Source: a virus
Virus record (IMG/VR): IMGVR_UViG_3300014208_001433
Span: 1-64,000 of that record
Direction: 5' to 3' (one strand)
DNA length: 64,000 nucleotides
Shown here: one piece after another, positions 28,047-37,871 of the stretch
Layout of the letters: each line of letters opens with the position of its first letter
Position numbering within the stretch: the first letter of the stretch is position 1
Program-made: the position numbers and the translations under genes
The notes under the pieces: generated by a model
Told to the model about the DNA's origin: nothing
What the model saw: the letters and a program-made list of their open reading frames with translations, nothing else
Databases searched by the model: none

Positions 28047-29903
28047 GTGATTTCTTTCCTAAGAGAATTCTTAGGGAGAGAGCCGGGCAAACTTCAGCGA
28101 GAAGCTTATCTTGCCGTTTGGGGGAACGATCCCTCTGTATGGGATAAGAAATTTCACGAAATAGTGTTGCTGGTTGGAATGAAGGGAGGGAAGAACTATT
28201 GGGCTGAGGGTGATATTGCTTACGCAACTTACAGGATAAGCTGTTTAGAAAATCCACATGAATATTTTGGAGAAGTTACGGGATCATTGGTGCCGTATCC
28301 TCCGGAAAAAACCTTTGATCTTGTGAACGTTAGTATGGTAAACGAATTACAAGCAAAGCGAGCGTTCTTTGAAAGTGTGAAAAATGTACTGAAGCTAACA
28401 AAAGACCCGAAAACGGGAGATAATTGGTTTGAGAGATACGCCGGGCTAGACCTTCGGGAACAGTTTGGAGATCTGAAAAAGAAAGAAATAGTTTTCCCGG
28501 TAAAGAAGAGCGGAGGAGGAAGCATAAGGCTTTTATCTTATAACAGCAGCAAACAAGCGCCGGAAGGAATACACATGCTTAGGGGTTATGCAGACGAACT
28601 TTCGCGAGCAGAAACAAAAGTAACTTACGCGCAGGCGGAAGGATTGTTGGAGCTTCTTTTAGGCAACACAAAGGCAAGTTTTCCGGGCAACATAGGGAAA
28701 ACAATGGAATGGGCTTATCCGAACGAAACAGATTTTGATTTAACAAACTACCGGTTTGAACTTTCACAAGAGTTGGACGAACAAGGGAAGTTAAAGAATC
28801 CCGACATGTATGGAATGAAAGCCACAACCTGGGATTTTAACCCGGCAAGAACGAAAGAGATGTTTGAAAAAGAATTCAGGACAAATCCATTACGCGCGAA
28901 TTGCCGGTTTGGTTGTGTTAAGCCGATAAGCAAGGATAATTTTTACCAGCCGTATTCTTTTAAACTAAAAGAAGCTGTTGACACAAGCATAAAGAACAAA
29001 ATTCATTACAAACCGAAGAAGGTTTACCGAAAATTAGACAACGGGAACACAAGCACGTTTTCAAGTATTGAAGTGCTGAAGATTGAAGGGGACAAACGCG
29101 AAAGATGCCTTGCGTATGACGCGGGGAAAACAAAGGATAGGTTTATTATCGGTTTGGGGTACGGTGAAACGATTGACGCGAAGAGGATGGAGTTGTTTAT
29201 CGATTCAGAGATTGAGGTTATTCTTACGAACAAAAAGCCGGTAATTGATGTACTTGTAATAATCGAACCAACGCCAGGTTGTCCGGTTGATTATCTTAAA
29301 ATAGGCGATATCCTTTCAATCTTCTTAAAAGCATTCCCGAACATAAAATCCGCAAACAGTGATCACTTCCAGAACGAAAAATTAAGGCAGGAGATAATTG
29401 CCAAGGGGATTGATGCACAGACTTACAACTTCAGCAATAAGCAGCAAGTGAAGCTTTACGAAATGGTAAGGTGGAATACTTGGAATAACAACATTGCTAT
29501 TTGTGGAGATGATGAAGAGACGCACAAAGTACAAATTCTTTTAGTTAAAATTTCTCCCTCCGGACTTTGGGTATTGGAAGGGGAAAAGCTTATGAACTTA
29601 GGAAATAAAATCGATCACCCGGCGGGATACAGCAAGGATGTGCAGGACGTTGTAGCAATATTAAACCACGATATTATGGCGCTTGAGACGCAAGGAGTAG
29701 CAGGCATGGCAGATGGAATAGACGGACTGAGTGAAAGCAAGTTGCGGGAACTTGCAGAGCGGTTTATGGATATTAAGAGCGACTTATTAAGGGAAGAAGT
29801 TGAACCGGACAAGATGCTGAAGATGATAGCGGAAAAGATGAATCTTGACTTGCGGCGCACAGTAAAGTTAGCCGAATATGTAAGGGAAATTTATGATTAT
29901 TGA
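28047..29903 (+). CDS. terL: Terminase large subunit
   Basis: GMKGGKN Walker A, YADELS Walker B, LAYDAG and DHP..SKDV nuclease motifs; GTG 28047 has a GGTGAGGT RBS (frame is open from 27879). Confidence 0.85.
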   Translation: MISFLREFLGREPGKLQREAYLAVWGNDPSVWDKKFHEIVLLVGMKGGKNYWAEGDIAYATYRISCLENPHEYFGEVTGSLVPYPPEKTFDLVNVSMVNELQAKRAFFESVKNVLKLTKDPKTGDNWFERYAGLDLREQFGDLKKKEIVFPVKKSGGGSIRLLSYNSSKQAPEGIHMLRGYADELSRAETKVTYAQAEGLLELLLGNTKASFPGNIGKTMEWAYPNETDFDLTNYRFELSQELDEQGKLKNPDMYGMKATTWDFNPARTKEMFEKEFRTNPLRANCRFGCVKPISKDNFYQPYSFKLKEAVDTSIKNKIHYKPKKVYRKLDNGNTSTFSSIEVLKIEGDKRERCLAYDAGKTKDRFIIGLGYGETIDAKRMELFIDSEIEVILTNKKPVIDVLVIIEPTPGCPVDYLKIGDILSIFLKAFPNIKSANSDHFQNEKLRQEIIAKGIDAQTYNFSNKQQVKLYEMVRWNTWNNNIAICGDDEETHKVQILLVKISPSGLWVLEGEKLMNLGNKIDHPAGYSKDVQDVVAILNHDIMALETQGVAGMADGIDGLSESKLRELAERFMDIKSDLLREEVEPDKMLKMIAEKMNLDLRRTVKLAEYVREIYDY

Positions 29904-30231
29904 TGGACAAGTTAAAATGAGAGAGAAGCGGATTTGTGAATATCCGCCGTGTAATAACGAGGTAACATCTCCAAACAAAGCGGTAACACATTGCTGTTGT
30001 GAATGCGGGTGTGCTCACCGATTGTTGAAGGTGAAGAACTGTAAACAATGCGGAGGGGAAATTGATAGGAAGGGATTTATCTGTAAAAAGTGTTTTAGGG
30101 AAAATGACGAAGCGCAGCATAAAAAGGATAATGCAAAAAGAGGGGGGAGAAAGAAATCTGATTTTGAAAAGAAGTATGAAATCCCCTTACGGCATGACAT
30201 AGTTGCGCGAGCGTATGGATGGGTGAGCTAA
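29893..30231 (+). CDS. Cys-rich Zn-finger protein
   Basis: CEYPPC, CCCECGC, CKQC, CKKC. Confidence 0.6.
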   Translation: MIIDGQVKMREKRICEYPPCNNEVTSPNKAVTHCCCECGCAHRLLKVKNCKQCGGEIDRKGFICKKCFRENDEAQHKKDNAKRGGRKKSDFEKKYEIPLRHDIVARAYGWVS

Positions 30232-30291
30232 GAAGAAAATTATAAATGTTAATATATGATTTATCTTATATAATAACTTTGAGGAAAATAT

Positions 30292-30435
30292 ATGTTAAGT
30301 TTGAAACTGAAATATAAAATTAAATACTACTACACAAAGGTTTGCCATTTGTTAGGCTTTTGCCCAAAGTGTTTTACGAATGTTAATTATACGCAAAGCG
30401 GCAAAGCTATTTGTCCCAAAGGATGCAAGTATTGA
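30292..30435 (+). CDS. Small Zn-ribbon protein (47 aa, not in track)
   Basis: GAGG RBS; CPKC...CPKGC. Confidence 0.5.
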   Translation: MLSLKLKYKIKYYYTKVCHLLGFCPKCFTNVNYTQSGKAICPKGCKY

Positions 30436-32315
30436 GAAATATAATATTACAAGGGAATGTACTCGAAAGGTTGAAAGATATGGAAGCCGGAAGGGTACAC
30501 TGCATGATAACTTCACCACCTTATTATGGAGTTAGAAATTACGGAACACAGCCGCAGATATGGAAGCCGGAAGGGTACACTGCATGCGGCGAACATGAAT
30601 TTTATGAAGGGGAAAAGAAACATAATTTAGGCGGATGCAGCAGCAAAAGCACATTAAGGGATACCCCCGGACAAAAGGCAAAAGAGAATTGGGCAAAAGG
30701 TGTTAGTTGTGAGCATGAGTTTGATAATAGTATTTCTGTAAAAGACAAAGCGCAGAAAGATTTTTCAAAAAGCGGATTGAAGAATGACGGAAGACCGGAA
30801 GAAAAGAGAATAGCCACACTAATAAATTCCAAATATCATACTTGTGAACATGAGTTTGAAGAGAAAACAAATCAATTAGCTGAAGGGAAAATTGGGGCGA
30901 AGACTACTTTAGATTATGGCAACGCTAAAAACAACAATAATTCTTACGCGACTAAAAAGAAAGAATATGTTTCCGGTTTCTGTTTAAAGTGCGGTGCATG
31001 GAAAGGGGAACTTGGACTTGAACCAACGCCGGAGCTTTACATAGAACATGTTGTACAAATCTTCCGTGAGATAAAAAGAGTATTGAGAAAGGACGGTACG
31101 GCATGGTTGAACCTTGGCGATAGTTATTGGGGAAGCGGAAATGCAAGCGGGCACACAGAAGAAACTGAAAACTTTGGACTGAAAACCGATAGTTACGGCA
31201 CAACCAAAGGGCATACCACAAAGAAACATACCATTTTAAAACCAAAAGATCTGATAGGAATACCCTGGAGAGTTGCAATAGCTTTACAGCAAGACGGCTG
31301 GTGGTTAAGGAGCGATATAATTTGGAGCAAAAAGAACCCGATGCCGGAGAGTGTAACGGATAGACCAACAAAAGCGCATGAGTACATATTCTTGCTTACG
31401 AAAAGTCAAAAGTATTATTACGACGCAGAAGCGATAAGAGAAGAACCGGCGAGTGGTCCAAGTGATTTGAAAAAGATGTATGAGCAGAAAGATAGGATTG
31501 GAGGGAAGACGCTTAATGCTGATGACCCGTTGTATAAAGCAAATATGTCAACCAATATAGGACAGAAACGTGGAGTTGGTGATCCTTCGGGAAGGAATAA
31601 GCGGAGTGTTTGGGAGGTAACCACAACGCCGTTTGCGGAGGCGCACTTTGCTACATTTCCTCAAAAGCTGATTGAACCTTGCATACTTGCCGGAACGAGT
31701 GAACGCGGAGTTTGTGCGGAATGCGGGAAGCCGTATGAAAGGATTTTGGAGAAAGTTTCTAAAAGAGATTTCTTGAAAGATGCAGACAAACAATACCGAA
31801 GCAGAGCAACCGAGCATCAAATAACGCCGAAAGATCAACCGAACCGAGGTTCGGTTGATAGGGTGACAAGTGTTAATGAGGATACAGAACAAAAAATGCG
31901 GATGTATAACAGCAAGTACAATGAAGCGGAGACGGGGCAGCAGCTTAACGCATTTATGAGGGAACAAACCATAGTTGCAGAAAGAGATGAGAGCAGAATT
32001 GAAGCGGAGGAGTTGTACCCGGGTGATCCTTTAATGCAGAAAAAGTACATAAATTATATTCACGAACACGGGCAGCTAAGAAAAACCAAAACAATAGGCT
32101 GGAAGAAAACTTGCAAGTGTGAGACGGACAAAGTAAAACCGGCGATAGTGCTTGATCCTTTCTTTGGTGCCGGAACAACCGGTTTAGTTGCGCTGAGGAG
32201 CGGAAGAAATTTCATAGGGATAGAGTTGAACGAAAATTACATAAAGATTGCTGAGAAAAGGTTAGCTCCATTTATGCTAAACTTGTTCGATCAACCGGAA
32301 GAGGAGGCAGCGTAA
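30432..32315 (+). CDS. Beta-class N4C/N6A DNA methyltransferase with Cys-rich insertions
   Basis: TSPPYY, WLNLGDSY, HFATFP, LDPFFGAGTTG; TTG 30432 chosen as start. Confidence 0.92.
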   Translation: MRNIILQGNVLERLKDMEAGRVHCMITSPPYYGVRNYGTQPQIWKPEGYTACGEHEFYEGEKKHNLGGCSSKSTLRDTPGQKAKENWAKGVSCEHEFDNSISVKDKAQKDFSKSGLKNDGRPEEKRIATLINSKYHTCEHEFEEKTNQLAEGKIGAKTTLDYGNAKNNNNSYATKKKEYVSGFCLKCGAWKGELGLEPTPELYIEHVVQIFREIKRVLRKDGTAWLNLGDSYWGSGNASGHTEETENFGLKTDSYGTTKGHTTKKHTILKPKDLIGIPWRVAIALQQDGWWLRSDIIWSKKNPMPESVTDRPTKAHEYIFLLTKSQKYYYDAEAIREEPASGPSDLKKMYEQKDRIGGKTLNADDPLYKANMSTNIGQKRGVGDPSGRNKRSVWEVTTTPFAEAHFATFPQKLIEPCILAGTSERGVCAECGKPYERILEKVSKRDFLKDADKQYRSRATEHQITPKDQPNRGSVDRVTSVNEDTEQKMRMYNSKYNEAETGQQLNAFMREQTIVAERDESRIEAEELYPGDPLMQKKYINYIHEHGQLRKTKTIGWKKTCKCETDKVKPAIVLDPFFGAGTTGLVALRSGRNFIGIELNENYIKIAEKRLAPFMLNLFDQPEEEAA

Positions 32316-32749
32316 TGGGAAGGTTTAGCGGATGGACAGCGGGAGCAGTTGCAAAATTGCAAAATAACAAGATTGAAAGATTTGATGATAAAGAGAGTAC
32401 GATTAAGATTAGGATTAAGAAAAAGGATGAGGAGGATGTTATCGGGAAAATTGTTTCGGCTTTGAGCGCAATTGGATTTAAGGCAACAAGGGAATATAAG
32501 TTTTTGAGGGACAGAAGGTTTCGCTTCGACATGGCATTACCGGCACATAAAATTGCATTTGAATTTGAAGGAGGCGTATATAGCCAAGGAAGACATGTAA
32601 GAGGAAAAGGATACACCAATGATTGCAAAAAATATACCTTAGCCGCGATGGAAGGATGGACATTGTTAAGATATACGGTTGATGTTACCAAGGAAAAGAA
32701 TTATGAGTACCGGATAGCTGATGATATTAGGAGGCTGATTGAAAAGTGA
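32315..32749 (+). CDS. PD-(D/E)XK endonuclease (DUF559/Vsr-like)
   Basis: EYKF...RFRFDMA...KIAFEFEGG...H...D..KY...GW.LLRY. Confidence 0.8.
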   Translation: MGRFSGWTAGAVAKLQNNKIERFDDKESTIKIRIKKKDEEDVIGKIVSALSAIGFKATREYKFLRDRRFRFDMALPAHKIAFEFEGGVYSQGRHVRGKGYTNDCKKYTLAAMEGWTLLRYTVDVTKEKNYEYRIADDIRRLIEK

Positions 32750-33080
32750 CGGCGACATACTGTTTTTGCGGATAAAAAATGTTGCTTTGCAGAATCCGCA
32801 ACGGGATGAGGAGTTTAAGGATTTGGTTAGAGAGCAAATACCGGGGAGTGAATTTCATCATGTATTTACAAGTACGGTAGGGATGAAGAGCACGGATTTA
32901 TTGGGTGTAGCGGTAAGACCGGAAGATCACAATGAAAACCAAACGAACCGGGATTGGTTAATTGAGAAGATCCCGGGAGCAATAAGAAATTTAATAATGT
33001 ATGTAATTAAGCTGAAGAAGGAAATTATTCAATTTAAAAAGGAGCTGAGAGATGAGCGAAATAAAAAATCCGTTGGGTGA
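32739..33080 (+). CDS. Possible DUF968/HNH-like protein
   Basis: EFHHV...GMKSTD...DHNE. Confidence 0.4.
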   Translation: MKSDGDILFLRIKNVALQNPQRDEEFKDLVREQIPGSEFHHVFTSTVGMKSTDLLGVAVRPEDHNENQTNRDWLIEKIPGAIRNLIMYVIKLKKEIIQFKKELRDERNKKSVG

Positions 33081-33282
33081 AATAATAAGTGATGAGCAGT
33101 TTGAGCAATTGCAAAAGAAAGGAGTGCTTGATTTTATTGCGATAAGAAATATCGGAATAAGAAAAGAGTATTTCCGGTTACGTGAGTTAAGAATAAACTC
33201 AAATGCATGCATTGAGTTATTGATGGATGAATACAAGTCGTTAGCCTTTGAAACGATAAGAAAGATCGTGATGAACAAATGA
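33052..33282 (+). CDS. Small Mor-like HTH protein
   Basis: RNIGIRKEYFRL...IELLMDEY..LAFETIRKIV. Confidence 0.5.
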   Translation: MSEIKNPLGEIISDEQFEQLQKKGVLDFIAIRNIGIRKEYFRLRELRINSNACIELLMDEYKSLAFETIRKIVMNK

Positions 33283-33758
33283 AAGAAAGATTAGACATAA
33301 ACGCGGAAAAGATTTTAGAGGAAGCCATAGAGATAGCTGAGGGCTTGGCTTGCGGTTATAGCAACGAGAGCGGCGATGCTATGAGCACTTATCTTAGTGT
33401 GTTGGTTACTTACCTTGCCCGTTTGCCGAAGATGGAAGCAGACGCGGAGTACTTAATGAATTACAGCAAGGGAGATTATGGAGATACGGAAGCGAAGAAG
33501 CCGAAAAAAGATCAGTTGATGGCTACACATTTTAAGGAAGTAATGGGGAGAGAGGTAGCTGTTTATGCAAGGGTTTACAAATTTATTTATAGACTAAATA
33601 AAAACATAATTGAGATACAGAAATCTGTAATAACGCAGCTTAGTTACTTAAAATCAACGATGCCAAGGAATATTAATGAAAGTGAGTTGATAAAGAAGAT
33701 AGAGGGCTTAACTCGGGAAGTTTCGGCGCTGAAGAAGTGGAAAGAAGAAATACTTTAG
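33279..33758 (+). CDS. Hypothetical helical protein
   Basis: ATGA overlap. Confidence 0.6.
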   Translation: MKERLDINAEKILEEAIEIAEGLACGYSNESGDAMSTYLSVLVTYLARLPKMEADAEYLMNYSKGDYGDTEAKKPKKDQLMATHFKEVMGREVAVYARVYKFIYRLNKNIIEIQKSVITQLSYLKSTMPRNINESELIKKIEGLTREVSALKKWKEEIL

Positions 33759-33788
33759 TTGAAAGTAGAAAGTAGAAAGGAAAGCAAG

Positions 33789-34025
33789 ATGTGTGTAATG
33801 GTTTACAAGGGAGAGGAAGTGATTGGAACGGTGGGAGAGTTGAAAAAGGAGTTCCCGGATGTGCCGTTAATTCTTTGCAACGGTTATGAGAATAGTGAGG
33901 TGAGGGATGAGTATTGTTTGTGTCCGATTGACCTGGACAAAATGTTTAAGGGCGCGGGGATAAGTTTTAAATACGATTATGATTATGATTATACCATTTT
34001 AAATAAAGTAGAAGAAATAAAATGA
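33789..34025 (+). CDS. Hypothetical protein
   Basis: ATG after heptamer array; CLCPID. Confidence 0.55.
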   Translation: MCVMVYKGEEVIGTVGELKKEFPDVPLILCNGYENSEVRDEYCLCPIDLDKMFKGAGISFKYDYDYDYTILNKVEEIK

Positions 34026-34420
34026 AATTTGGTATTGAGATAGTTTTAAGCATTACACATAAGAAATTAATAACAAGTATGGACAATGTTTACAAGATAT
34101 TGAACTATATGCTTGATGATAATCTATTTACACACCAATTACCAAGAGCCGCGCGTTTTTGCAAAAGTTTTGTTATTGCCGAGCATCCACAATTAGACGA
34201 ATGGAATGATTTTAACGAACAGATAACTTCTGAAAATTATAAAGAGTATGTTGAAAAAGCCGAAACAATGTTTGGTAAGGAATTAGAAATATCAAAAGTG
34301 CCAGGAGGTGTTTGGACTTTAAAAGATGCGGTTGAAGAACTTGAGGGAATGGTCCCCAAAGAAAAAATTATAAGTATAAAGATTGAAGATAAGTCCAATA
34401 ATAATATTTGCTTAAACTAA
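34022..34420 (+). CDS. Conserved phage hypothetical protein
   Basis: VYKILNYMLDDNLFTHQLPRA...HPQL. Confidence 0.65.
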   Translation: MKFGIEIVLSITHKKLITSMDNVYKILNYMLDDNLFTHQLPRAARFCKSFVIAEHPQLDEWNDFNEQITSENYKEYVEKAETMFGKELEISKVPGGVWTLKDAVEELEGMVPKEKIISIKIEDKSNNNICLN

Positions 34421-34435
34421 AAATGAAAGTGAACA

Positions 34436-34630
34436 ATGAAGAAAAAAGAAGATCCGGTTTATTTGTTGCAGGAGGCAAGAAACGGGCTTTATGTAGCAGA
34501 GTTAGGGCATACAACGCAAGCAGTTTATGGTAGAAGGTTTACGGAAAAGGAAGCGGAGAAGTATTTGAGAAAGCATCCTGAGGGTTATGAAAAGATATTG
34601 GTGCGGGAATGGGAAGAGGGGCATCTTTAG
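34436..34630 (+). CDS. Small hypothetical protein
   Basis: ORF in operon. Confidence 0.5.
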   Translation: MKKKEDPVYLLQEARNGLYVAELGHTTQAVYGRRFTEKEAEKYLRKHPEGYEKILVREWEEGHL

Positions 34631-34633
34631 ACA

Positions 34634-34804
34634 ATGGGTAAGGCGGTAAGAAAAAGAATGTGTACCGGGAAAAAAGTTTATAAAACTTTCTTTCAGGCTT
34701 TTGTGTATGCATGTAAATATAGTCAACGTATTTATCGATGTCCATTTTGCAAAAAATATCATTTGTCGTCAAAAGATACATGGATACCGAAAGTAAAAAA
34801 ATAG
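34634..34804 (+). CDS. Small Zn-finger protein (56 aa, not in track)
   Basis: CTGKKVY...YRCPFCKKYHLS. Confidence 0.65.
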   Translation: MGKAVRKRMCTGKKVYKTFFQAFVYACKYSQRIYRCPFCKKYHLSSKDTWIPKVKK

Positions 34805-34816
34805 AAGGACTAACAA

Positions 34817-35119
34817 ATGAAAATCAATGGAGAAGAGATAAATGTTTTGGAGGAGGGGAAGGAAAGTTTGTTGGATGAGACGGTGAATAAGTTTTTTGTG
34901 ATCAAGAAGTTTCTACAGGAAAACAAACTACCGCCGCATGAGAGTAATTATGTCAAATACTTTAGGGAAAATTATAAGTTAGAGTTTGATGTTGAGGAAA
35001 TGATTGAATTCCGTTCTTTTTGTGAAGAGGATTACGCGGGTTGGAAACAGTCGCAGATAGCAGATGAATTTGCGCGGGGAGGATCGTTTGTGGACTTAAA
35101 AGGTATGGGGCTTGAGTAA
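34817..35119 (+). CDS. Hypothetical protein
   Basis: AAGGA RBS. Confidence 0.55.
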   Translation: MKINGEEINVLEEGKESLLDETVNKFFVIKKFLQENKLPPHESNYVKYFRENYKLEFDVEEMIEFRSFCEEDYAGWKQSQIADEFARGGSFVDLKGMGLE

Positions 35120-35187
35120 TTCCGCCAGAGGCGGACAAGTAGGAATTGTCAATTAGGAATTAGGAATTAAAACCAAAGGAGAACAAT

Positions 35188-35484
35188 ATGGAAAATCTAT
35201 TATGGCAAAAAGAAAAACCAAATTACGCTTGCGTATTCTTAACAAGATACAACGGCGAATATAATCTTTGGAAGTTCGTTTGGGAACCCGGAGAACCTCC
35301 CGAAACTGAACACGATGAAGAAAGTAGATATTATTATTTAGCGTGGACAGATAAAGACGGCGATACTTGGGATGACATTGAAGAATGCACTTATGATGAA
35401 TATCTCGTTTTAGAAAAACTTCCAACGATGGAACAAGTGCACGAACAGTACATTGAATCTTTAAAACAAAATATTGATTACTGA
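35188..35484 (+). CDS. Hypothetical acidic protein
   Basis: AAGGAG RBS. Confidence 0.6.
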   Translation: MENLLWQKEKPNYACVFLTRYNGEYNLWKFVWEPGEPPETEHDEESRYYYLAWTDKDGDTWDDIEECTYDEYLVLEKLPTMEQVHEQYIESLKQNIDY

Positions 35485-35496
35485 GAAGGAAGGATT

Positions 35497-35712
35497 ATGA
35501 AAGAAAATGGCAAATATTATCCTATAGAAAACGGATTAATCCCGTTAAAAGGTGGAAAGTGTTTTGAATATAACTTACAAACCGAACTAACAAGAGAAAA
35601 ATACCAACGTACTTTAGCAGCTACCATTATTTCGTCTTGCGAAATTATTTGCGAGAGAGACAATCCCATCCCTACCCTTCCCCTTATCAAGGGGAAGGAG
35701 AATGAAAGTTGA
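35497..35712 (+). CDS. Small hypothetical protein (tail runs through a palindrome)
   Basis: RBS; C-terminus encoded by the hairpin element. Confidence 0.35.
   Translation: MKENGKYYPIENGLIPLKGGKCFEYNLQTELTREKYQRTLAATIISSCEIICERDNPIPTLPLIKGKENES
35676..35698. repeat. REP-like palindrome
   Basis: CCTTCCCCTT-ATC-AAGGGGAAGG. Confidence 0.7.
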
Positions 35713-35714
35713 AT

Positions 35715-35749
35715 TTTCAACCCTTCGGAGAATAAATAAATAACTAAAT
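35715..35749 (+). promoter_or_regulatory. Putative late promoter (copy 1)
   Basis: TTTCAACCCTTCGGAGAA-N12-TAAAT; same motif at 54788. Confidence 0.65.
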
Positions 35750-35787
35750 CGGATTGTTAGTTTGTTAATATATAGGAACTCATCACA

Positions 35788-37587
35788 ATGAACATATTTT
35801 TAGACGAAAGCGCAAAAAATCCCAAAGATACCGAAGAACATGTACAAAGTACGGAGGAATTGTTAGACGGTATGATGATGGATGAAGCGTTGCAAAAACG
35901 TTTGAACGAGCAAGGAAAATCGGGGGGAATAGTTTTACCGCTTGCGGAGGAGATGAATTCCGTATTACAAGAGATTGAAGGTTTTAATTTTGAATATTCC
36001 GGACAGCAAAGGATCATCAATTGGGAGAACATGGATGTGCCGTACCGTGTATTAAGACGGGCAGGCAATACTGAAGCGGGAAGATTGGTGAAGAACCATC
36101 GGCGGCTTGGTTTGTCGCAATATGGAAGAGTCCCAAAGGCGGACGGGATACAAAGAGGCGGCAGGCTTATCTTTTGTGATCCAGATTATTCACCCACGAA
36201 AGATGAAAAGTTAAGGTTAAGAATTTGGGAAGATAAGATTTTTAAGAATTTCTTTTTCCCGGCAAACGATAGATGGGCGAACTTTGCAAAGTTTATTGGG
36301 AACGCTTATGAGGATTGGTTTGATTATGATGACATAACTTGTGAGATTAGGCGTGACGGATTAGGCGACCCGATAGCGATGCATTTGCAAGACCCGATTA
36401 TTTATAAACCGGTTTTGAAGAAGAGCAGGGTTTATCCTAATTGGCGAGGCGAGGAAGACTATATGACACCTTATCTTGAAGATTGGGAAACAATGGTAAC
36501 AGGTAAACGGGCTTTTATTGGTGAGGATGAATTACCGGTAGAACCGGATTTTGTATTGCATTACAATAACATGCGATTAGGAGCAACAACGGATTATAAC
36601 GTAAGAAAGTTCCACTTTTTTACCAGGAGCGATTTTAGGTTTACACAAAGAGGTTACGGGATAGTTGAACAATCTATTAACATTCTAACTTACATTATTA
36701 ACGCGCTGAAGATGAACGCAAGTAATTTTATGAACAACAAATTACCCAAAGGATTCGTGCTATTCACCGGCGGCGGAATTGGAGCGCTTCAGCTAGAGAA
36801 ATTGAAAAAGGTAATGAGCGCGTACATGGGCGGAACCGCGCCAAACCGTTTTCCGATAATGGGATTGAACAGCGAGAAAGGGGATGGGAAATGGGTAGGG
36901 ATAGGCGGGAATAGTCGTGAGATGGAATATCATTTATGGATAACATTATTGTTTTCTATTTTTTGCCGGTTGAGTGGAACAGATCCGCGCGAAGTTAGTT
37001 TAGGCGCACACAGTGATGCAATTCGACCACAGAGTATAGGGGAAAAAAGCGCGGACGGAGTTGTAAACGAGAATAGGGATATGGGTGAAAGAACTTTTCT
37101 TACGCATCTGAAAGATTCACTTAACGTTACGGATAAATACGGATTGAATTTATTTCAGCAGATCACTCAGATGAAAGTTGAGTTGGATTTTGCCGGGTTT
37201 GAAATTGAAGATAAGAAACTAAAGCAAGAAATAACAAAGTTGAATTTACAGACTTTCAAAAGCTTTAATGATGTTTTGGCAGAAGAGGACAAAGAGAAAT
37301 ACACGTTAATGATTGATGAGGAGACGAATCTTTTTGACATCCCCGGAGTAAATAGTGAAGTAATAAGATCTGCGGTTCAGTTTAAGATGCAATCTTTTTC
37401 AAATAAGCAAGCGGCAGAACAGCAGCAGCAGGCAGTTGGCAGTGATCAGTCGGCAGTAGGCAATGGTGAACAAGGACAGCCAGGAGGAGAGGAAGGGAGT
37501 GACGGATTAACTGAGGATGATAAGGCGCTAATTGAAAAATACAAAGGAGCTAGTAATGTTGAGATTGATAAGGAGTTGCAGCAATGA
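35788..37587 (+). CDS. Portal protein
   Basis: EIRRDGLGDPIAMHLQDP, GYGIVEQ, NASNFMNNKLPKG, MEY..W...DPREV; position and size. Confidence 0.85.
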   Translation: MNIFLDESAKNPKDTEEHVQSTEELLDGMMMDEALQKRLNEQGKSGGIVLPLAEEMNSVLQEIEGFNFEYSGQQRIINWENMDVPYRVLRRAGNTEAGRLVKNHRRLGLSQYGRVPKADGIQRGGRLIFCDPDYSPTKDEKLRLRIWEDKIFKNFFFPANDRWANFAKFIGNAYEDWFDYDDITCEIRRDGLGDPIAMHLQDPIIYKPVLKKSRVYPNWRGEEDYMTPYLEDWETMVTGKRAFIGEDELPVEPDFVLHYNNMRLGATTDYNVRKFHFFTRSDFRFTQRGYGIVEQSINILTYIINALKMNASNFMNNKLPKGFVLFTGGGIGALQLEKLKKVMSAYMGGTAPNRFPIMGLNSEKGDGKWVGIGGNSREMEYHLWITLLFSIFCRLSGTDPREVSLGAHSDAIRPQSIGEKSADGVVNENRDMGERTFLTHLKDSLNVTDKYGLNLFQQITQMKVELDFAGFEIEDKKLKQEITKLNLQTFKSFNDVLAEEDKEKYTLMIDEETNLFDIPGVNSEVIRSAVQFKMQSFSNKQAAEQQQQAVGSDQSAVGNGEQGQPGGEEGSDGLTEDDKALIEKYKGASNVEIDKELQQ

Positions 37588-37871
37588 TAATTATTAAAAT
37601 TTGGGGGCAGAAAGTTTTAGAAGTTGAAGGAATTGAAACAAAGGGAACGGTAAATAATTTTCATTATGCTAATTGCGTGTTTGGGCAGCCTATTGTTGCA
37701 ACAATGAAGAGTGAGGGGGCAACGGCACAGCGAGAGGTTAAGAGAGAAACAATATCCGAAGAAAAATATCTTGAAATGGTTAAGAAAGTTTCGGATAAAA
37801 CCGGTTTTAATGCAAGTGAAATAGAATGGATTTTACGTACAGCCGAAGGATATTTGGGAGGAGTTGAATAG
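37584..37871 (+). CDS. Hypothetical protein
   Basis: ATGA overlap. Confidence 0.55.
   Translation: MIIIKIWGQKVLEVEGIETKGTVNNFHYANCVFGQPIVATMKSEGATAQREVKRETISEEKYLEMVKKVSDKTGFNASEIEWILRTAEGYLGGVE

Noticed and set aside
33756-34636. Stop-codon recoding suggested by in-frame ORFs after TAG (33758, 34630)
   Set aside because: All long genes are intact in the standard code, downstream ORFs have their own ATG, and no suppressor tRNA is seen
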